A DNA stretch of 64,000 bases, taken from Callorhinchus milii (lineage: Eukaryota). Below the pieces are notes generated by a model, which worked only from the letters and a program-made list of their open reading frames with translations, was not told the origin of the DNA and did no database searches. Below, in pieces: positions 49,830 through 64,000 of the stretch; position 1 is the stretch's first letter, and each line of letters opens with the position of its first letter. The stretch is taken from assembly GCF_018977255.1 (NCBI RefSeq), contig NW_024704742.1, positions 27,158,001-27,222,000 on the forward strand. The letters run 5' to 3'. The translations under genes and the position numbers were made by a program.

Positions 49830-50340
49830 TTTGTCCTACTCCCCCGCTTTTACACCATAGTCTTGCAATTTTTTTCTTTTCAAGTATATATCCTGTTCCC
49901 CTTTGAAAGTTATTATTGAATCTGATTCCAACACCCTTTCAGCATTGTATTCCAGATTGTAGCAACTCACTGCGTAAAAAATTCTCCTCATCTCCACTCT
50001 GGTTCTTTTGGCAATTATCTTAAACCGGTGTCCTCTGGTTATTTGAGCACCTCTATTAAATCTCCCGTTAATCGTCACTGCTCTTAGGAGAATAATCCCA
50101 GTTTCTCTAACAAAACTCATCTCTCCACATAACTCAAATCCCTCATCCCTGGTACAAGAACATTACATTTTGTTTAGCTGAGAATGAACATAAGAACATA
50201 AGTACATAAGAAATAGGAGCAGGAGTAGGCCATTCGGTCTCTCGAGCCTGCTCCACTATTTAATAAGATCATGGTTGATCTTCTGACCTAATTCCATTCA
50301 CATGCCCTATCCCCATATCCCTTAATCCCTTTAGTTTTTA
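49830..50340 (-). mobile_element. Two CR1 3' fragments
   Basis: TRGHRFKI motif, and a second terminus aacataagaacataag...aggagtaggccattcgg. Confidence 0.75.
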
Positions 50341-51724
50341 AATGAAATATTGAAATGAAAAATGAAATATTGAACATAAAAAAGCATGGAATAAAAAAAG
50401 GACATCCATTTCCATGACCAAGTCTCTGCTCCATGGACTGTATTGTAATCCATCTCCTTTTATGAAAAAAGGTTGTGGAAAATGTCTTCCAACCCCATCT
50501 CCCCACCCCCAAACAACTCCCATCCAGATAAACTGAATAAAACGACACAGCATTTCTCTAACCTTACTCCTTGCATTATTCATCCACTACCAGTCGTGTT
50601 CCTTGACATGACAATGCCAAGGCCTCAGGAGTTCAGAAACCAGGCAGAGCTCTCAATTGATCATCTAATACATTTAATCATCACTATTTATTGAAGGACA
50701 GATTCTTCTCGTATTATGTGCAGGTACTTTCTTCTGCTGGGATGGCTGTTGACTGCATACTTATTTCTTTCATAGTTACAGATTATTTCTCGAACAAGAC
50801 TCTTGTTGCAGTTCTGTTTCAGCACATAGCACATGCTGTAGTTTAAGTTACAAAGCAAAGGCCTTCGCAAAGGCAAGAGATGCAACTTTCATCTTTTCTC
50901 CACTGGGAGGTGCTTGAAGTCAATTTACAGCACACACGCATTGTTGCAAATATGGCCATTCTAAACTGGCTCTGTTGAGTGACTCAGATAGGTTTTCAGC
51001 AGGTTTGGTAATCCATTTGTCAGCATTTCCTTCCCATTTTGCATATTGAATGCTGTCTCCTGCCCTTGATCAGGCACTTGGAGTACGTTTAATTTGGCAC
51101 AATAGTCTTCTCTCAAATGCTGAAAAGGCAGGGATTTGAATAATTGTTATTGCACAGCAATTTATCAATGTAATAAGACTGACAGTTTAAACGTCTGTCA
51201 CAAAGCCTATGATTCAACATTTTCCACAACTTGGCAACTTAATAACCACACATGTCAGATTTAAAACATAAAACTGTCTAACTGGCCTAAAGTTTTAAAA
51301 TTGTGTGAGATGGCCTCTGCACACTGTGGTTTGTCCAAGATTTCAACTTTTTAAAAAAAAATCCAATTTATGCAGCAGGTTTTCATCATGCAAATTGGGG
51401 ATGAATTTTTTTTATTTGCCTAAAAATGAGCAAGTTTGCTTCTTGCAATGAACACAACCTTCTTGGGTGTAAGGCAGGCCAAGTGAGTCTTAATGTTTTT
51501 TTTAACCTTTCATTATATTACTTTAAATTCCGTGCTTTTGTTGCTCGCTCTCTTTATTTTTCTTGCCTCTTATTCTGCTTTCTTTACAGCGTCTTGGGAC
51601 GTCCTCCCGACATGAAAGGCGCTCTATAAATGGAATCTTGTTGTTGTTGTTTCTTATTCTGTGTCCATACTGTGTAAACTGTCCTGGTCAACAATCCCTC
51701 AGAGAGAGAAAAAAAATACTTGTA

Positions 51725-54700
51725 CATAACATAACATGATATGTAGCAGCAGGAGTAGGCCATTCGGCCCTTCGAGCCTGCCCCCCATTCAATCATGGCT
51801 GATCTTCTAATCTAACTCCAGCTAATAACCTAACCCTGCCTTATCCCCATATCCCTTAATCCCTTTTGCAATAAGAAATCTATCTATCTCAGTCTTGAAT
51901 ATGTTCAAGCACTGAGCGTCAACAGCCCTTTGGGGTAGTGAGTTCCATACATTCACCACCCCTTGAGTGAAGAAGTTCTTCCTCAACTCAGTGCGAAAGG
52001 GCTGGCCTCTGATTTTAAGGTTGTGACCCCTGGTTTTAGTTTCTCCAACCAGGGGAAACAATCTCCCACTATCTACTCTATCATGCCCTTTGATGATCTT
52101 ATAGGTTTCTATAAGATCCCCTCTAATTCTTCTATATTCTAGAGAATATAGGCCCAAATTGGTCAGCCTATCCTCGTAACTCATCCCCTTCATCCCTGGT
52201 ACTAACCTAGTAAATCTACGCTGCACCCCCTCCAAGGCAAGTACATCCTTCCTTAAATAAGGAGACCAAAAGTGCTCACAGTATTCCAGGTGTGGTCTCA
52301 CCAGGGCCCTATACAGTTGCAGCAAGACTTCCCTACTCTTATACTCTAATCCTTTCATAATGAATGCTAACATCCCATTAGCCTTCCTAATTGCTGCTGC
52401 ACCTGCAGACTAACTTTCTGTGATTGGTGTACAAGGACACCCAAGTCCCTCTGGACGCTAACACATTCCAATCTCTCCCCTTCTAAAATATAACCCGCTC
52501 TACTGTTTTTGCTACCTAGGTGGATGACTTCACATTTCCCTACGTTATGCTTCATCTGCCACCTACCTGCCCAATCACCTAACCTATCTATGTTGCGCTG
52601 CATTTTTTTAATGTCGTCCTCTGTGTTGACACTTCCTCCTAATTTTGTGTCATCCGCGAATTTAGGTATATTAACTTCGATGTCCTCATCTAGATCGATG
52701 GTGTAGATTGTAAATAGCTGAGGCCCAAGGACTGATCCTTGTGGCACTCCACTAGTCCCATCCCGCCAATCTGAAAAGGACCCGTTTATCCCTACTCTTT
52801 GTTTCCTACCTGTTAACCATTCCCCAATCCACGTTAATATGCTCCCCCAATTCCGTGGGCCCCTATCTTTTGGACTAACCTTTTATGTGGCACCTTATCG
52901 AATGCCTTCTGGAAGTCCAAATAGACCACATCCACTGATTCACCCATATCTAGTTTACTCGAAATATCCTCAAAAAATTCTATGAGATTTGTCAAACATG
53001 ACTTCCCTTTTGTAAAGCCATGTTGACTTGGCCTAATTATATTGTGCTCCCTAAATACCGCACTACCACATCCTTAATCAACGATTCTAAAATTTTTCCT
53101 ATCACTGATGTGAGACTAACTGGCCTATAGTTCCCCATCTTTTCCTTTCCACCTTTTTTAAATAGTGGTGTGACATTTGCGATCTTCCAATCCATGGGGA
53201 CTGTTCCAGAATCCAAGGAATTTTGGAAGATCAGACATAAGGCCTCCACTATCTCATAAGCTACCTCTTTTAAAACCCTGGGATGCAAGCCATCCGGACC
53301 AGGGGATTTGTCACTTTTTAGTGCTAACAGTTTCCCTAGCACCAATTCTCTACTAATGAAAATTTCCCTAAGTTGCTCCCTGTCCTTATCCCCTTGGTGC
53401 ATCCCTATTGTTGGCAGACTTGTTGTGTCTTCTAGGGTGAAGACAGATGCAAAGTACCCATTTAGGGACTCTGCCATGTCCTTATCCCCCATTACAACTT
53501 CTCCCGTCTCTGACTGAAGTGGACCTACATTTACCCTCACTAGCCTATTCCTCTTAATGTATTTAAAAACTTTTACAATCTGACTTAATGTTCCCCTAAA
53601 TACAGCTTACCTAAATACTAGCTTACCCTCATACTCCTTTTTCTCGCTCTTAATGAGTTTTTTAGTTTCTTTGTTTCCGCTGATTTCTAAAACTCCCAAT
53701 CTTCAGATTTGCTGCTTTTCTTGGCAGTTTTATAAGCTTTTTCTTTTAATTTGATGCTTTCCCTAACTGCTCTAGTTAGCCACGGATGAATTGCTTTCCC
53801 TGTGGTACTCTTATTCCGCAAGGGAATATGCGACCGCTGAGAATTATGCACTACATCCTTAAATATTTGCCACTGTTGGTCTACATTTTTACCTCTTAAT
53901 CTTATTCTCCAGTCTATTTTACCTAAATCTTTCCTCATACCTACAAAATTAGCCTTATTTAAATTCAGAATACTTGCCTCGGATTTAACTATATCCCTCT
54001 TTAACTTAATGCAGAATTCAATCATATTGTGATCACTCTGCCCTAGAGGAGTCTTAGTACCTACACTGCCGACTAGCCCTGTTTCGTTACACAAAACAAG
54101 GTCTAGGATGGTGTTAAGGAAAAACCTTCTTTCAATTCCAATCAAACACAACCACTGTTTGCAACCAGAGTAGTGTTTATTAAACTCCAGGATCCGTCCA
54201 AGTTCCCGATGGGCGTGGGTAAGTAAGCACAATCAATAGATTCACTAACAGAACAATAGTACCGCGTAATCCCTCCTCGTGGTCGTCTACTTCTGCTTTC
54301 TAGCTCTCAGTCTTCCATCCACGGTAGGTACTGTCCTGGGCGCCCCGATCTTGGTCTGGCACAGTGCCTTAAGCTTGTGTCCATCCAATCATGGTGCGGA
54401 CATTAGATCACCTGGCCAAAATCATGCTGAGTTCAAGTGAACATCTCATGGAGTGTATGTGCCTCACACACACAAACACACTGTCCTTGAGACAGTCCGT
54501 TATCTTGTGTACTTGCAGGGCAGTAGTACACATCTTATCCTTGAGACACTCACGTGATCCTGGGAAACTCATGAGTTTCAGTCCAGTTGCCCCCCGCAAC
54601 ACTTAACTTAAAAGTTATCCCGTTCGCAACATCTATTATGATTCTAACATTATACAAAAAGTGTAAATTCTAACAATGGCCTGTCCCTAGTTGGTTCCTT

Positions 54701-56172
54701 GGCATGCTGCTCTAGAAAGTCATCTCTCATACACTCAATGAACTCTTCTTCTAGCCTACTTTTGCCGATTTGGCAAAATAATAGTGGGTGATTTCAATCT
54801 ATGGAGATTGAAATCACCCACTATTATCGCTTTACCTTTCCTACATGCTCCACTAATTTCTTGATTAATACCTTGTGCTATATTGTAATCACTGTTGGGG
54901 AATATAAACCACTCCCATTAATATTTTCTGCCCCTTATTATTTTTTATTTCCACCCATATTGCCTCTACCTCCTGGTCATCGGATTTCAGATCCTCTCCA
55001 CTGCTTTTATTTCATCCCTAATTAACAGGACAACCCCCCACCTCATTTTCCACAGTGCCTATCTCTCCTGTAAACTGAGAACCCTGGAATATTTAACTCC
55101 CACCCTAGATCTCCTTGTAACCATGTTTCAGTGATGGCTATTAGCTCGTACCCATATGTGCCTATCTGTGCTTTTAATTCATCAGTTTTATTCCGAATGC
55201 TTCGCACATTCAGATATAACATTTTTAATTTCCTACCATTTCCTCTACTCTCTGATTCCTTATCTGCTTTGCCAAGCTTCTTACCCCTAGTTAACATATT
55301 CCTATTATCTGGCAGGCTATTCTGCGCTGACATCTTTACTTTTTCTAATGCTAACTTATGGTTTCTCTTACCTATATATTCCCCCCTTTACTAGTTTAAA
55401 TTCCTATTTACCTCCCTATTAATTTGTTTAGCTAGGACATTTGTCCCAATTTAAATGCAGCCCATTTCTCTGAAAGAACTCTCTTTTCCCCCAATACTCG
55501 TGCCAATGGCCCATAAAAAGAAACCCCTGAGTTCTGCACCACTCTTTTAGCTACGCGTTCAAGTCCTTAATTTGTTTGTTCCTGTACCAATTGTGGTATG
55601 GTACAGGCAGTAGTCCTGTTATCACCACCTTCGATGACCTTGACTTCAATTTGGACCCCAGCTCTTTGAATTCCCTTCTCAAGTCATGTTGGCCAACTCT
55701 ACCGATGTCATTGGTACCTATGTGAAGTACCACCAACGGATCCTTGCCTTCGTATTTTAAATTATCCTCTAGCCCTGCCGAGACATCCTTCACCCCAGCC
55801 CCAGGGAGGCAACAAAGCCTTCGGGTCTTCTGGTTGGGGTTGCAGATGATTGTGTCTATCTGTCCAATAGTCTCATCCCCAATGACGACAACCATCTGCT
55901 CGTTTGCCCCAGTGTTAGAGGTAGTTTTTCCTTCCACCTTACTGGCTTCCTTGTTGATACAAGTTCCAAGGATTTCATATCTATTACTCAAGGTTAATGC
56001 CGGATTTACTACCACTCTTTCCGTTGTCCCACAGACCTCCTGACTGTCCATTGACCTATCCTGACCATAACCAATGATGTTGACCGTATATTCCCTCAGG
56101 GGAGTGACTGGCTCCAGGATGTAGCTATCCAGAAAGCACTCACTGTCTCTGATACTTTGTAGAGTCTGCACC
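51725..56172 (-). mobile_element. Near full-length CR1-clade LINE, disrupted
   Basis: ORF1 SGNH/esterase (VVIGDE...CLPGA...HIGTNDIG). ORF2 APE (YLNVRSIRNK, IAITETWL, SDHNMI) and RT (KSPGPDGLHPRVLKE, NYRPVSLTS, PQGSVLGP, FADD, LVRPHLEYC). Multiple frameshifts. Confidence 0.95.
54112..54675 (-). mobile_element. Solo LTR (564 bp) inserted in the CR1 endonuclease domain
   Basis: TGTTA...TAACA termini and a 4-bp target duplication ATGG (54108-54111, 54676-54679). AATAAA on the minus strand near 54176-54181. Removing it restores the CR1 EPTR..AILDLVL region. Confidence 0.85.
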
Positions 56173-58485
56173 TCTTTTTCACAAAAAACCTTTTTCACAA
56201 AAAACTGTGAAGTGCTTTGAGCTGTTTCGATGCGATGAGGTGCTACGTCAAATGCAAGGATTATTATTAGTATATACAATGCTACAACTATCCATTTCTT
56301 TAAACATTGCTGGAACTATGGATCAACACCAGAGTACATCCACTTTGTGGTTTCCTCCATGCTGCGGTTATTGTCTTATAATGTCTTCCTATCCTGAAGC
56401 TGCTATCTTTATTTGGGGAGGACAAATTTGCAAGGATATGGGGAGAGAGCGGGGAAGTAGGATTAATTTGGACAGCTCTTTCAAAGACCCGGCACGGGCA
56501 CGATGGGCCGTATGGCCTCCTTCAGTGCTGTATGATTCTATGATAAGCCAGAGAAGTGAGTGCTGGCTGGTAGTTTAACAACAACAACAAAATTGCATTT
56601 GTATAACACCTTTCACTGACCATGGTGCTGTCCTCACCCTGCATTCAAACAGGAACTATATACAGCAGGAGGTTACTGAATCATGATCAATAAAGAGAGC
56701 CTGTTCTGATTTTCCTCTTACCTAACCAAGGGATGGTGGAGTCAGTCGTGGCATCTCTGTTGGTCCCTCAACTGTGATCAGCTAATTAATCACAGACTGG
56801 GATCCAATCTAGCTCTGTATAATTCAGTTTCATACGGGATGGTTGTTTTTCTAAATGAGCCATTGGGGAACTATTGTGTTTCTCAGTTGTTTATAACATC
56901 ATGTCTTTTTGGAGTGTGATGTTGAATGAATGTCTAAAGAGCTTTCCATGCAGTTAAATGCATCGATCAGAGATCACAATTACCCACTTTGCGGATATCC
57001 TAAATTATCCAGCAAAGTGGAAGTGGTGACCAACGACAGCTAGTGATTCCCATCTTGTCTGTGATATTTGCAAATTAAATGCTATTTTAATTATTCTCTT
57101 TCTCTGGCAGCTTTTAGTCACGGTTTAACCCATTTCCTTGAGTGTCCGTTCATACTTCTAACAATTACCCGAGACATGGTAATTCATACAGAATAAAAAA
57201 TGATTGGATAACTTGACAGGAGACAGTCTGCATCTGTATGGTAATATGTCAGAGAGTATCAATTTGTTTTACTGTGGAGAGGGGAGGAGGAAGTTAACAT
57301 TTGAGTTTCCTTAATATGTATTCATCACTCTACTGCAAACTGACATGCCTTGTAAGATAGATTCATCCCTCCAACTAGCTTTAATTGGAGCCCTTAGTGT
57401 TGTATAATGCTTTCCAATGAGAAAACATTGACAAAGAAAATAGATAGCAATTACTTTATTTCAAGTGTTTGTGTGGGTGTCAGAAGTGGAAGGTAAAAGA
57501 TGTTCATCTTCCTCCAGGGCTGACTGTGTCTGGGAATGGGAATAAGTTCACACTGTCTAAGTTTTCATAACACTAAGGATTAAGACCACAAATACTTTTG
57601 CAGATGTTAGGTGAAATGTCTTATCAGTAGTACTTGTGACATTTAACAAAACACTTTTTTAGCAATCCGCAGGAAATACCGTGTTCAGTTTCCTCTTAAT
57701 GTGGTAACATGAAAATCAGGCAAATCAACCATTGACAACATTCATACAACACAACTTTCATTGTTTGTTTGACCTTCAACATTGAAACTGCCAGTTGATC
57801 AGCACCTTATTCTTTATCTGGCTTCCCACCCTTTATTTCCTTTGAAAATGGGGTGATTGCAGAAAGTCAAAGCCAGCTCACGAATCATGTAATTTCTATC
57901 TGCCTTCAATAACTCTGAAAACCATTTAGTTTTTGATGAAATTTGACATAAATGCTGATCAGCAGAAACATGTATGTCCCCATCATTAATCTAACACACC
58001 AATGACAGCTAAGTCTTGCAGAACATTAGTGTGGTGAGGTGGGCTCGCATCTGGGTATTTAATACAGTTGTTAGTTTTATTTTTAAATGAACTGATGGCA
58101 TTTAGCTTTCTACTAACTCAGCATTTCTTGTTGACTGATTGGTAGTTGTACCAAGCACAAAAAACACCCTCTCTGCAGTAACCAAGGGCTGTTGAACATC
58201 TAGTTGAATAGACTTAGCGCAGTTTTGTACCATATCTTATATTTGTACATTGGCATTCTGATCAGGGTGACTCGATATTTGGCAAGTTACACTGTAATGC
58301 GTGGCAACAGAAAAAAAGATTTGATCCTTCAATCACATGCATTGACCAATCTGTCAGAAAACGAGTGGAGGCTAGATATACTTGCCCACAAGGAGGAAGA
58401 GGGAGCACAACAGAGGGCAAGTCCTCCGCAAGTCAATCTCTTGTAGTTCCTGGCATCTAGCTCAGGAGTGCTGATATCTATATAA

Positions 58486-58672
58486 TATAATAATAAACCT
58501 TGCATTTGATATATCGCCTTATCATGTCTTTGAGACGACTCAAAGTGCTTCACAGAATATACTGTAAAGTGGATTGACTGTCTAGTTTTGGGGCAAAACG
58601 CGGCAGTCAATTGTGCACAGCAGTGTCCCACAAACAGTCGTAGATTGAAGTGACCAATTTATTATTATTATT
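58486..58672 (-). mobile_element. DeuSINE 3' half
   Basis: Tail and core match. Confidence 0.85.
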
Positions 58673-60059
58673 AAAAAAAAATTTTTTTAAGGAATTCTAA
58701 GCCCAGAGAAATGACAAATTAAATTAAAGGAAATTTTTGAGGATTTCATTCATTCTGGACTTGCAATCTATGTTTATTTTTATGAGGAAAATCCCAAGTT
58801 TCCCCATTGTCAGACCTCAGAAATGTACTGCATCATTATCAGTACATTTGAAATTATAACTATAATACAATAATTGTAGAATTATTCTTAATTTTACTTA
58901 TAATAATAATCCTTGCATTTGATATTAAAGATATCTCAAAGTGCTCAACAGGAATTACTTTAAAGTGCAGTGTCTGTCTATGTCCATGACTGTTTGTGGG
59001 ACACTGTTGTGCATAATTGGCTGCTGTGTTTTGGTCACTACACTTTACAATATATCGTGTGAAGTGCTTTAAGACATCTCAATGACTGATAAAGCACTAT
59101 ATTAAATGCAAAGATTATTATGTTGTAGGCAAACCTGGCAGCCACTTTGCATGCAACGAATGACCCATTTTATTTGAGAAAAGACAAGGTAAGATAACTT
59201 TCAAAAAGAAATGTCTCAAAGTCGACTTCACAGAGTTAAATGAGATTGAGAAATTCAATCAGAAGAATAGTTTCAGAAACTCGAAGTCAGCAGGATAAGA
59301 AGACACAGTTTCAGTGCAGTGAAGGAAATTTTAGGTTGTTCTAACCTAAGGGGTTTAATAAAAAAAGAACAATTACAACGTTGTAATATTACCATGACTT
59401 TTTGGTCACCCTGTATAAGATGACTCTGTCTGGTTCGGGATTTGTGCCACAGAGCACTGGGAGGCACTAAGTGGAGTGAAGTGTCTAAGCCTTCTTCAAA
59501 GGAGAGCAGGGGAAAATCAGAATGGGTATGTGTTTTTGTTGCGTTGTTGTCTTTGCTGGGTCACTGTCAAGTGTTGCTCAGTGCCTGATTTCATCCGTCT
59601 CCCCCTACCACCCCCTCCGCACTTCCATTCCATCTGGCCCGCCTGCTCCCTCCATAACCAGTAAATGTTATATTATGTTTCGGGAAGGGAAACGCAAAAA
59701 TATTGCTTATGCGGCCCACGGATGTTTCTTAAATAGGACATGTCCTTCATTCAAGGGTAAATGTACTCAGGCAAAATAAAAAATGTGAAACCTAATTTTA
59801 CTACTGAATTTTAAAGATGGAAATTCTTTTAATAAAAGAGAACAACAGAGAGAGATGGATTAAATGCCTCTCGAGTATTATAACATTTTCATAATACCTT
59901 TTTTCTTAAATTTGTCTTTCAAGCCTGTGAAATTTTCATGTGTGAATGATTTTGTTAGATTAGCTCAAGATCAGCGAGGATAGCACTGAATTTCTGCATG
60001 AACAGCTTTTAATAGTGTCGGTATGACACTATTATAGTACTAACAATATTATAACAACA

Positions 60060-60403
60060 TTCAAATCCCTTCATGCCCTGGCACCTCCCTATCTCTCCAA
60101 TCTGCTTACTCCCCACTACCCGCTGCCTCTGCTTGACTGGCTCTGGCCTCCTGCTTGTCCCCCACCCCCTCCATTCCAACATCGGTGACCGCGCTTTCAG
60201 CCACTATCCCCCAAAATGCTGGAACACTCTCCCACTATCCCTCCATCTTGCCCACTCCCTCCCCATCTTCAGGTCAAAGCTTCCTCTTCGACCGCCTATG
60301 GTCATCTTCCCCCTCCCCCTGGTTTGGTGTCCTGTTCCGCTACTGTCAAGCGCTCTGGGACGCTATCCTGAAGGAGAGGCGCTATATATAGTTGTTGTTG
60401 TTA
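60060..60403 (+). mobile_element. L2 3' end
   Basis: IGDRAFSHYPPKCWNTLP motif and (TTG)n tail. Confidence 0.85.
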
Positions 60404-61324
60404 TAGTAGGAGGGGAAGCTGTCTATGTGCATCACTGCAGAGTGCTGGAGAATAGACTTAGCCCACAAAAAGGCATGAATACAATACTGCTCACCAGCCT
60501 TTCTTCTCTGCTCAATTCGTAGATTAAGAATCAGCTCCTGTTGAGTCAGTAGAGACTGGAAGGTGATTTGCTATACCATCAGTTTCTGACAATGTGATCG
60601 TAAAAAGTGACACTGATACAGATACAGCTTTGAAACGAAGATTCACTCTAACAACACACCAACATTTACTTGTACCTACCATTTTGGCAGGCGTAACTTT
60701 AAATACATAATGTGCAAGTTTGTCATTAAGATTGAAGACATCAAAAGTTTAATTTTCACATAGGGTCTCCAAAGGCATACATGAATATACAAGAACCCAA
60801 AATGTTTCCTATAATATGTAAGTAGCAGAGCATTGATAATGAAGCTGTATATTTATAATATTAATCTGGTCTATGGCTAAAATCTGATCAATAAGAAATC
60901 TTCACTTAGCAAATCTAAATGGTTTCAGTGCATTCTGCAGAACTTACAATATGTCTCTTGAGATGAACCCAATCACCAGTTAGTTATGATTTCGAGAACC
61001 TTTCTTTGTGTGGCTCAGTTCATCAGGACATTATTGTAGTTATCTTAAACCATTATTGGATTATTATGAGAGTGAATTAGAAGGTATTTACTGTTACACT
61101 GCTCTGATATCTTGTTACTAAAATAAAAATAATAATCCTTATATTTGATATAGCTCCTTATCACATCATCCAGATGTCTCAAAACACTTCACAGGATATA
61201 CTGTAAAGTGGAGTCACTGTATATTTTGTGGGCAAAATGTCACAGCCAATTGCACACAGCAGTGTCCACAAACAGTTGTGGACTGAGTGACCATATTTTA
61301 TTTTGATGGATTATTATCTTTACT

Positions 61325-62455
61325 TAATCTTCGCGGACCTGCCCTTGCCTGGTTCGATTCCTATCTCTTGCTCCGTCTCCACTTTGTTGCTTCTAACGGT
61401 TTCTCCTCCAGCCCCCGCACTGTCACGTCTGGCATCCCCCAGGGCTCTGTCCTTGGCCATCTCCTCTTTAATATCTACATGCTCCCCCTTGGTGACATCA
61501 TCCGCAGACATGGGGTCAACTTCCATATGTATGTGGATGACACCCAACTCTACCTTTCTGCCTCCACCATCAACTCCAGGACCACTGGTGTCCTGACAGA
61601 CTGCCTGTCAGCCATCAAGTCCTGGATGAGGGCCAATATCCTACAGTTGAATGTGAACAAGACTGAGGCCCTCCTGATTTTTCTCGCACCAGTGCCTCAG
61701 CACCTTAGTCTCCACGGTTGCACACTTCAACTCACCAGGCCAGTCAGGAACCTGGGTGTCTTGTTCAACCCTCAACTATCTTTTCTTCCCCACTTCCAAG
61801 CCATGACCCGTTCTGCCTTCCCTCACCTCTGTAACATTGCCCGACTCAGCCACTACCTCATCCCTCAGGCCGCTGAAACTCTTGTTCATGCCTTCATCAA
61901 CTCCAGGCTCGACTATGCAAACCCCCTGCTTGTCGGCCTTCCCAACTCCTCCCTCCACAGGCTGCAGATAATCCAGAGCTCTGCAGCCCGTGTCCTCTCC
62001 CGCACCAAACTCCGTGACCCCATCTCCCCCACTCTCGCCCGACTCCATTGGCTCCCTATCCTTCAGAGGATCCAGTTCAAGATCCTGGTCCTCACCTACA
62101 AAGCCCTCCATGGCCTCGCCCCACCCTACCTCTGCGACCTCCAAACCCCCTACCAACCCGCCTGTTCCCTTCGCTCAGCCTGGCTCTGGCCTTCTCCATG
62201 TCCCCCGACCCACCCGACCCACCATTGGCGGGAGAGCCTTCAGCCACTCTGCCCCCAACCTCTGGAATTCCATCCCCCAAACACTCCGCCTCGACCCTCC
62301 TTAGCCTTCTTCAAGTCCTGCCTCAAGACCCTCCTCTTCGACCATGCCATCGGCCACCCCCTTCCCCTCCCCTCCCTTCCCTTTTTCCCCCCCTGACCCC
62401 AGCTCGGGTCTGAAATGACGTGAAAGGCGCTTTACAAATGTAATCTTGTTGTTAT
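61325..62455 (+). mobile_element. 5'-truncated L2 (RT C-terminal half) inserted in a minus-strand SINE (~61128-62503)
   Basis: GIPQGSVLG, YVDDTQLY, RLDYAN and LHWLP motifs. The SINE tail and core lie on the left and the SINE central segment resumes on the right. Confidence 0.93.
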
Positions 62456-63112
62456 TACCTCTAGAAAGAGATCCGCCAATCGACCAACAACCAGGTTCCT
62501 ACCCGGGTAAATGTTTCAACCCTCTAATGAAAGCTACCAGTAAATCTAATATAGCAATACAAACCTAAATCTAGTATGATGCTGGTGAAAAGAGGAACTG
62601 CTACTTATAAAAATGTTATGAAGCGATCTACTTATCGCTACTTATCAAAGTTCCTGCAGGACCTTGAGGCACACTTCCAGTTACTGGCAGGAGTTGCTAT
62701 TTATGAATTTCCATTAGCAGCTCTTGAGGTTAATCTCTGAATATCAGACACCAGTATCAACACCTCTTACCAGCATGTTCATGATCCGTTACCTGCCCCT
62801 CCCTCAATGTATTTAGTGAGTTTCAGCATTTGACCCCTTCCCCATGCCTGAATTTCCTTGTATACCAGTGAATTGCACGTAGGTGATAAAGAAGCAGGTA
62901 AAATGGGAAAACAAGACTTTCTTTTGGTACTCGCAATAATAATTGTGAAATAGTGAAGAATAGTGAAGTTTCAAGAATTTAAAATATTCATAACGCATGA
63001 TTGGTTCATAGCTTTTTTTTTGTTTTTATACTTCGTCTGGTGATACTTGGCTTCAGTCCTAGTTCTTTATTTGTTATAATAATAATCCTTGCATTTGATA
63101 ATGCGCCTTATC

Positions 63113-63449
63113 GTGGAGTCCTGTAGCTCAGTGGTTAGAGCACTCGCTTTGCAAGTGAGAGACCTGAGTTCAATTCCAGGCAGAGGGCGAAACCTTGGGC
63201 AAGTTTCCTTACTCCACACAGAGCCTAATAATAATCCCTCCAAAAAACCCAAAACAATAATAAATTGGTCATTTTCAATCTACGACTGTTTGTGGGACAT
63301 TGCTGTGCGCAATTGGCTGCCGCGTTCGCCCACAAATATACAGTCAATTCACTTTACAGTATATTCTGTGAAGCGCTTTGGGACGTCCTCCCGACGTGAA
63401 AAGCGCTATATCAAATGCAAGGATTATTACTATTATTATTATTATTATC
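63113..63449 (+). mobile_element. Full-length short-subfamily DeuSINE inserted antisense into another SINE tail (~63075-63520)
   Basis: TTATC is duplicated at 63108-63112 and 63445-63449. The host tail rejoins across it. Confidence 0.93.
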
Positions 63450-64000
63450 ATGACTTCGAGACGTCTCAAAGCGCTTCACAGAATATACTGTAATGTGAAT
63501 TGACTGTATATTTTTGTGGACGAATCTGGTTGATTCCCACCCCTCGTTCTTCAGAAGTTTCAGAATAAGCATGGCACTCTTTCTCTGTAAAGGCAACATC
63601 ATCAATGCATGCACTCAGTGAGTTTTCATCGTGCAACAAACTTTTTTTCTTGTAAAATACCTCAACGCAATCGCTGCCTAGAAATTGCATCCCAAAGTGG
63701 CTTTGGCCGCTAATATCTAGTGTCTAAACCCTCCCCACCCACCGCAGTGGGAGATTCATTCCAGAGCCGTCATTACAAATTGACCTACTTGTGCTTACTC
63801 TGTATCAAGGCAAATATCTATATTGCAACAATCAAGGTGAATCTCCACAGATCTTTATTTTCTGAAAGTTTTATATCTGGTGATTCACTTCCCTGAAGAA
63901 ATTAATGCTTTATTTATACAGCCTGGAAGCAATGTGATTCACTTTCAGCAGTGAAAGCATTAGGGACAGCCAACAGCATTTATTTTTTTCACTCTACTCA

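Noticed and set aside
60010..60034. Perfect 10-bp hairpin, with another at ~58821-58849
   Set aside because: One or two such stems are expected by chance in AT-rich DNA of this length, and there is no Helitron-type CTRR|T end.
63089..63493. Recurrent ORFs containing [29 protein letters not shown]
   Set aside because: These are translations of SINE copies, not a gene family.
1..64000. COG5 exons, known miRNAs, rRNA, CRISPR arrays or prokaryotic systems
   Set aside because: None was seen on reading. The window is vertebrate repeat-rich DNA with no regularly spaced repeat-spacer array.

Overview
Vertebrate non-coding DNA, almost certainly a cartilaginous fish and probably a chimaera/elephant-shark-like genome. 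This is inferred from the abundant tRNA-headed, Deu-domain, L2-tailed SINE together with L2 and CR1 LINEs. No host protein-coding gene could be identified with confidence. A large part of the window is transposon-derived: many SINE copies (two young subfamilies plus an older one), a near full-length but frameshifted L2 (37.1-40.5 kb, -), a near full-length CR1 with an esterase ORF1 (51.7-56.2 kb, -) interrupted by a 564-bp solo LTR, many 3' LINE fragments, a decayed Harbinger-like element and an unclassified repeat. Most ORFs in the supplied track are TE-derived or antisense artefacts. At the left end, a CpG-richer segment with D-box-like motifs and clustered minus-strand splice sites suggests the 5' end of a minus-strand transcript running off the window. 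The most interesting sequence-level observations are three: a Deu-domain-like motif at the 5' end of the L2 itself, compensatory base changes in the shared L2/SINE 3' stem-loop, and a spliced 131-aa orphan ORF at the putative promoter. Boundaries of diverged repeats are approximate and were read by eye.
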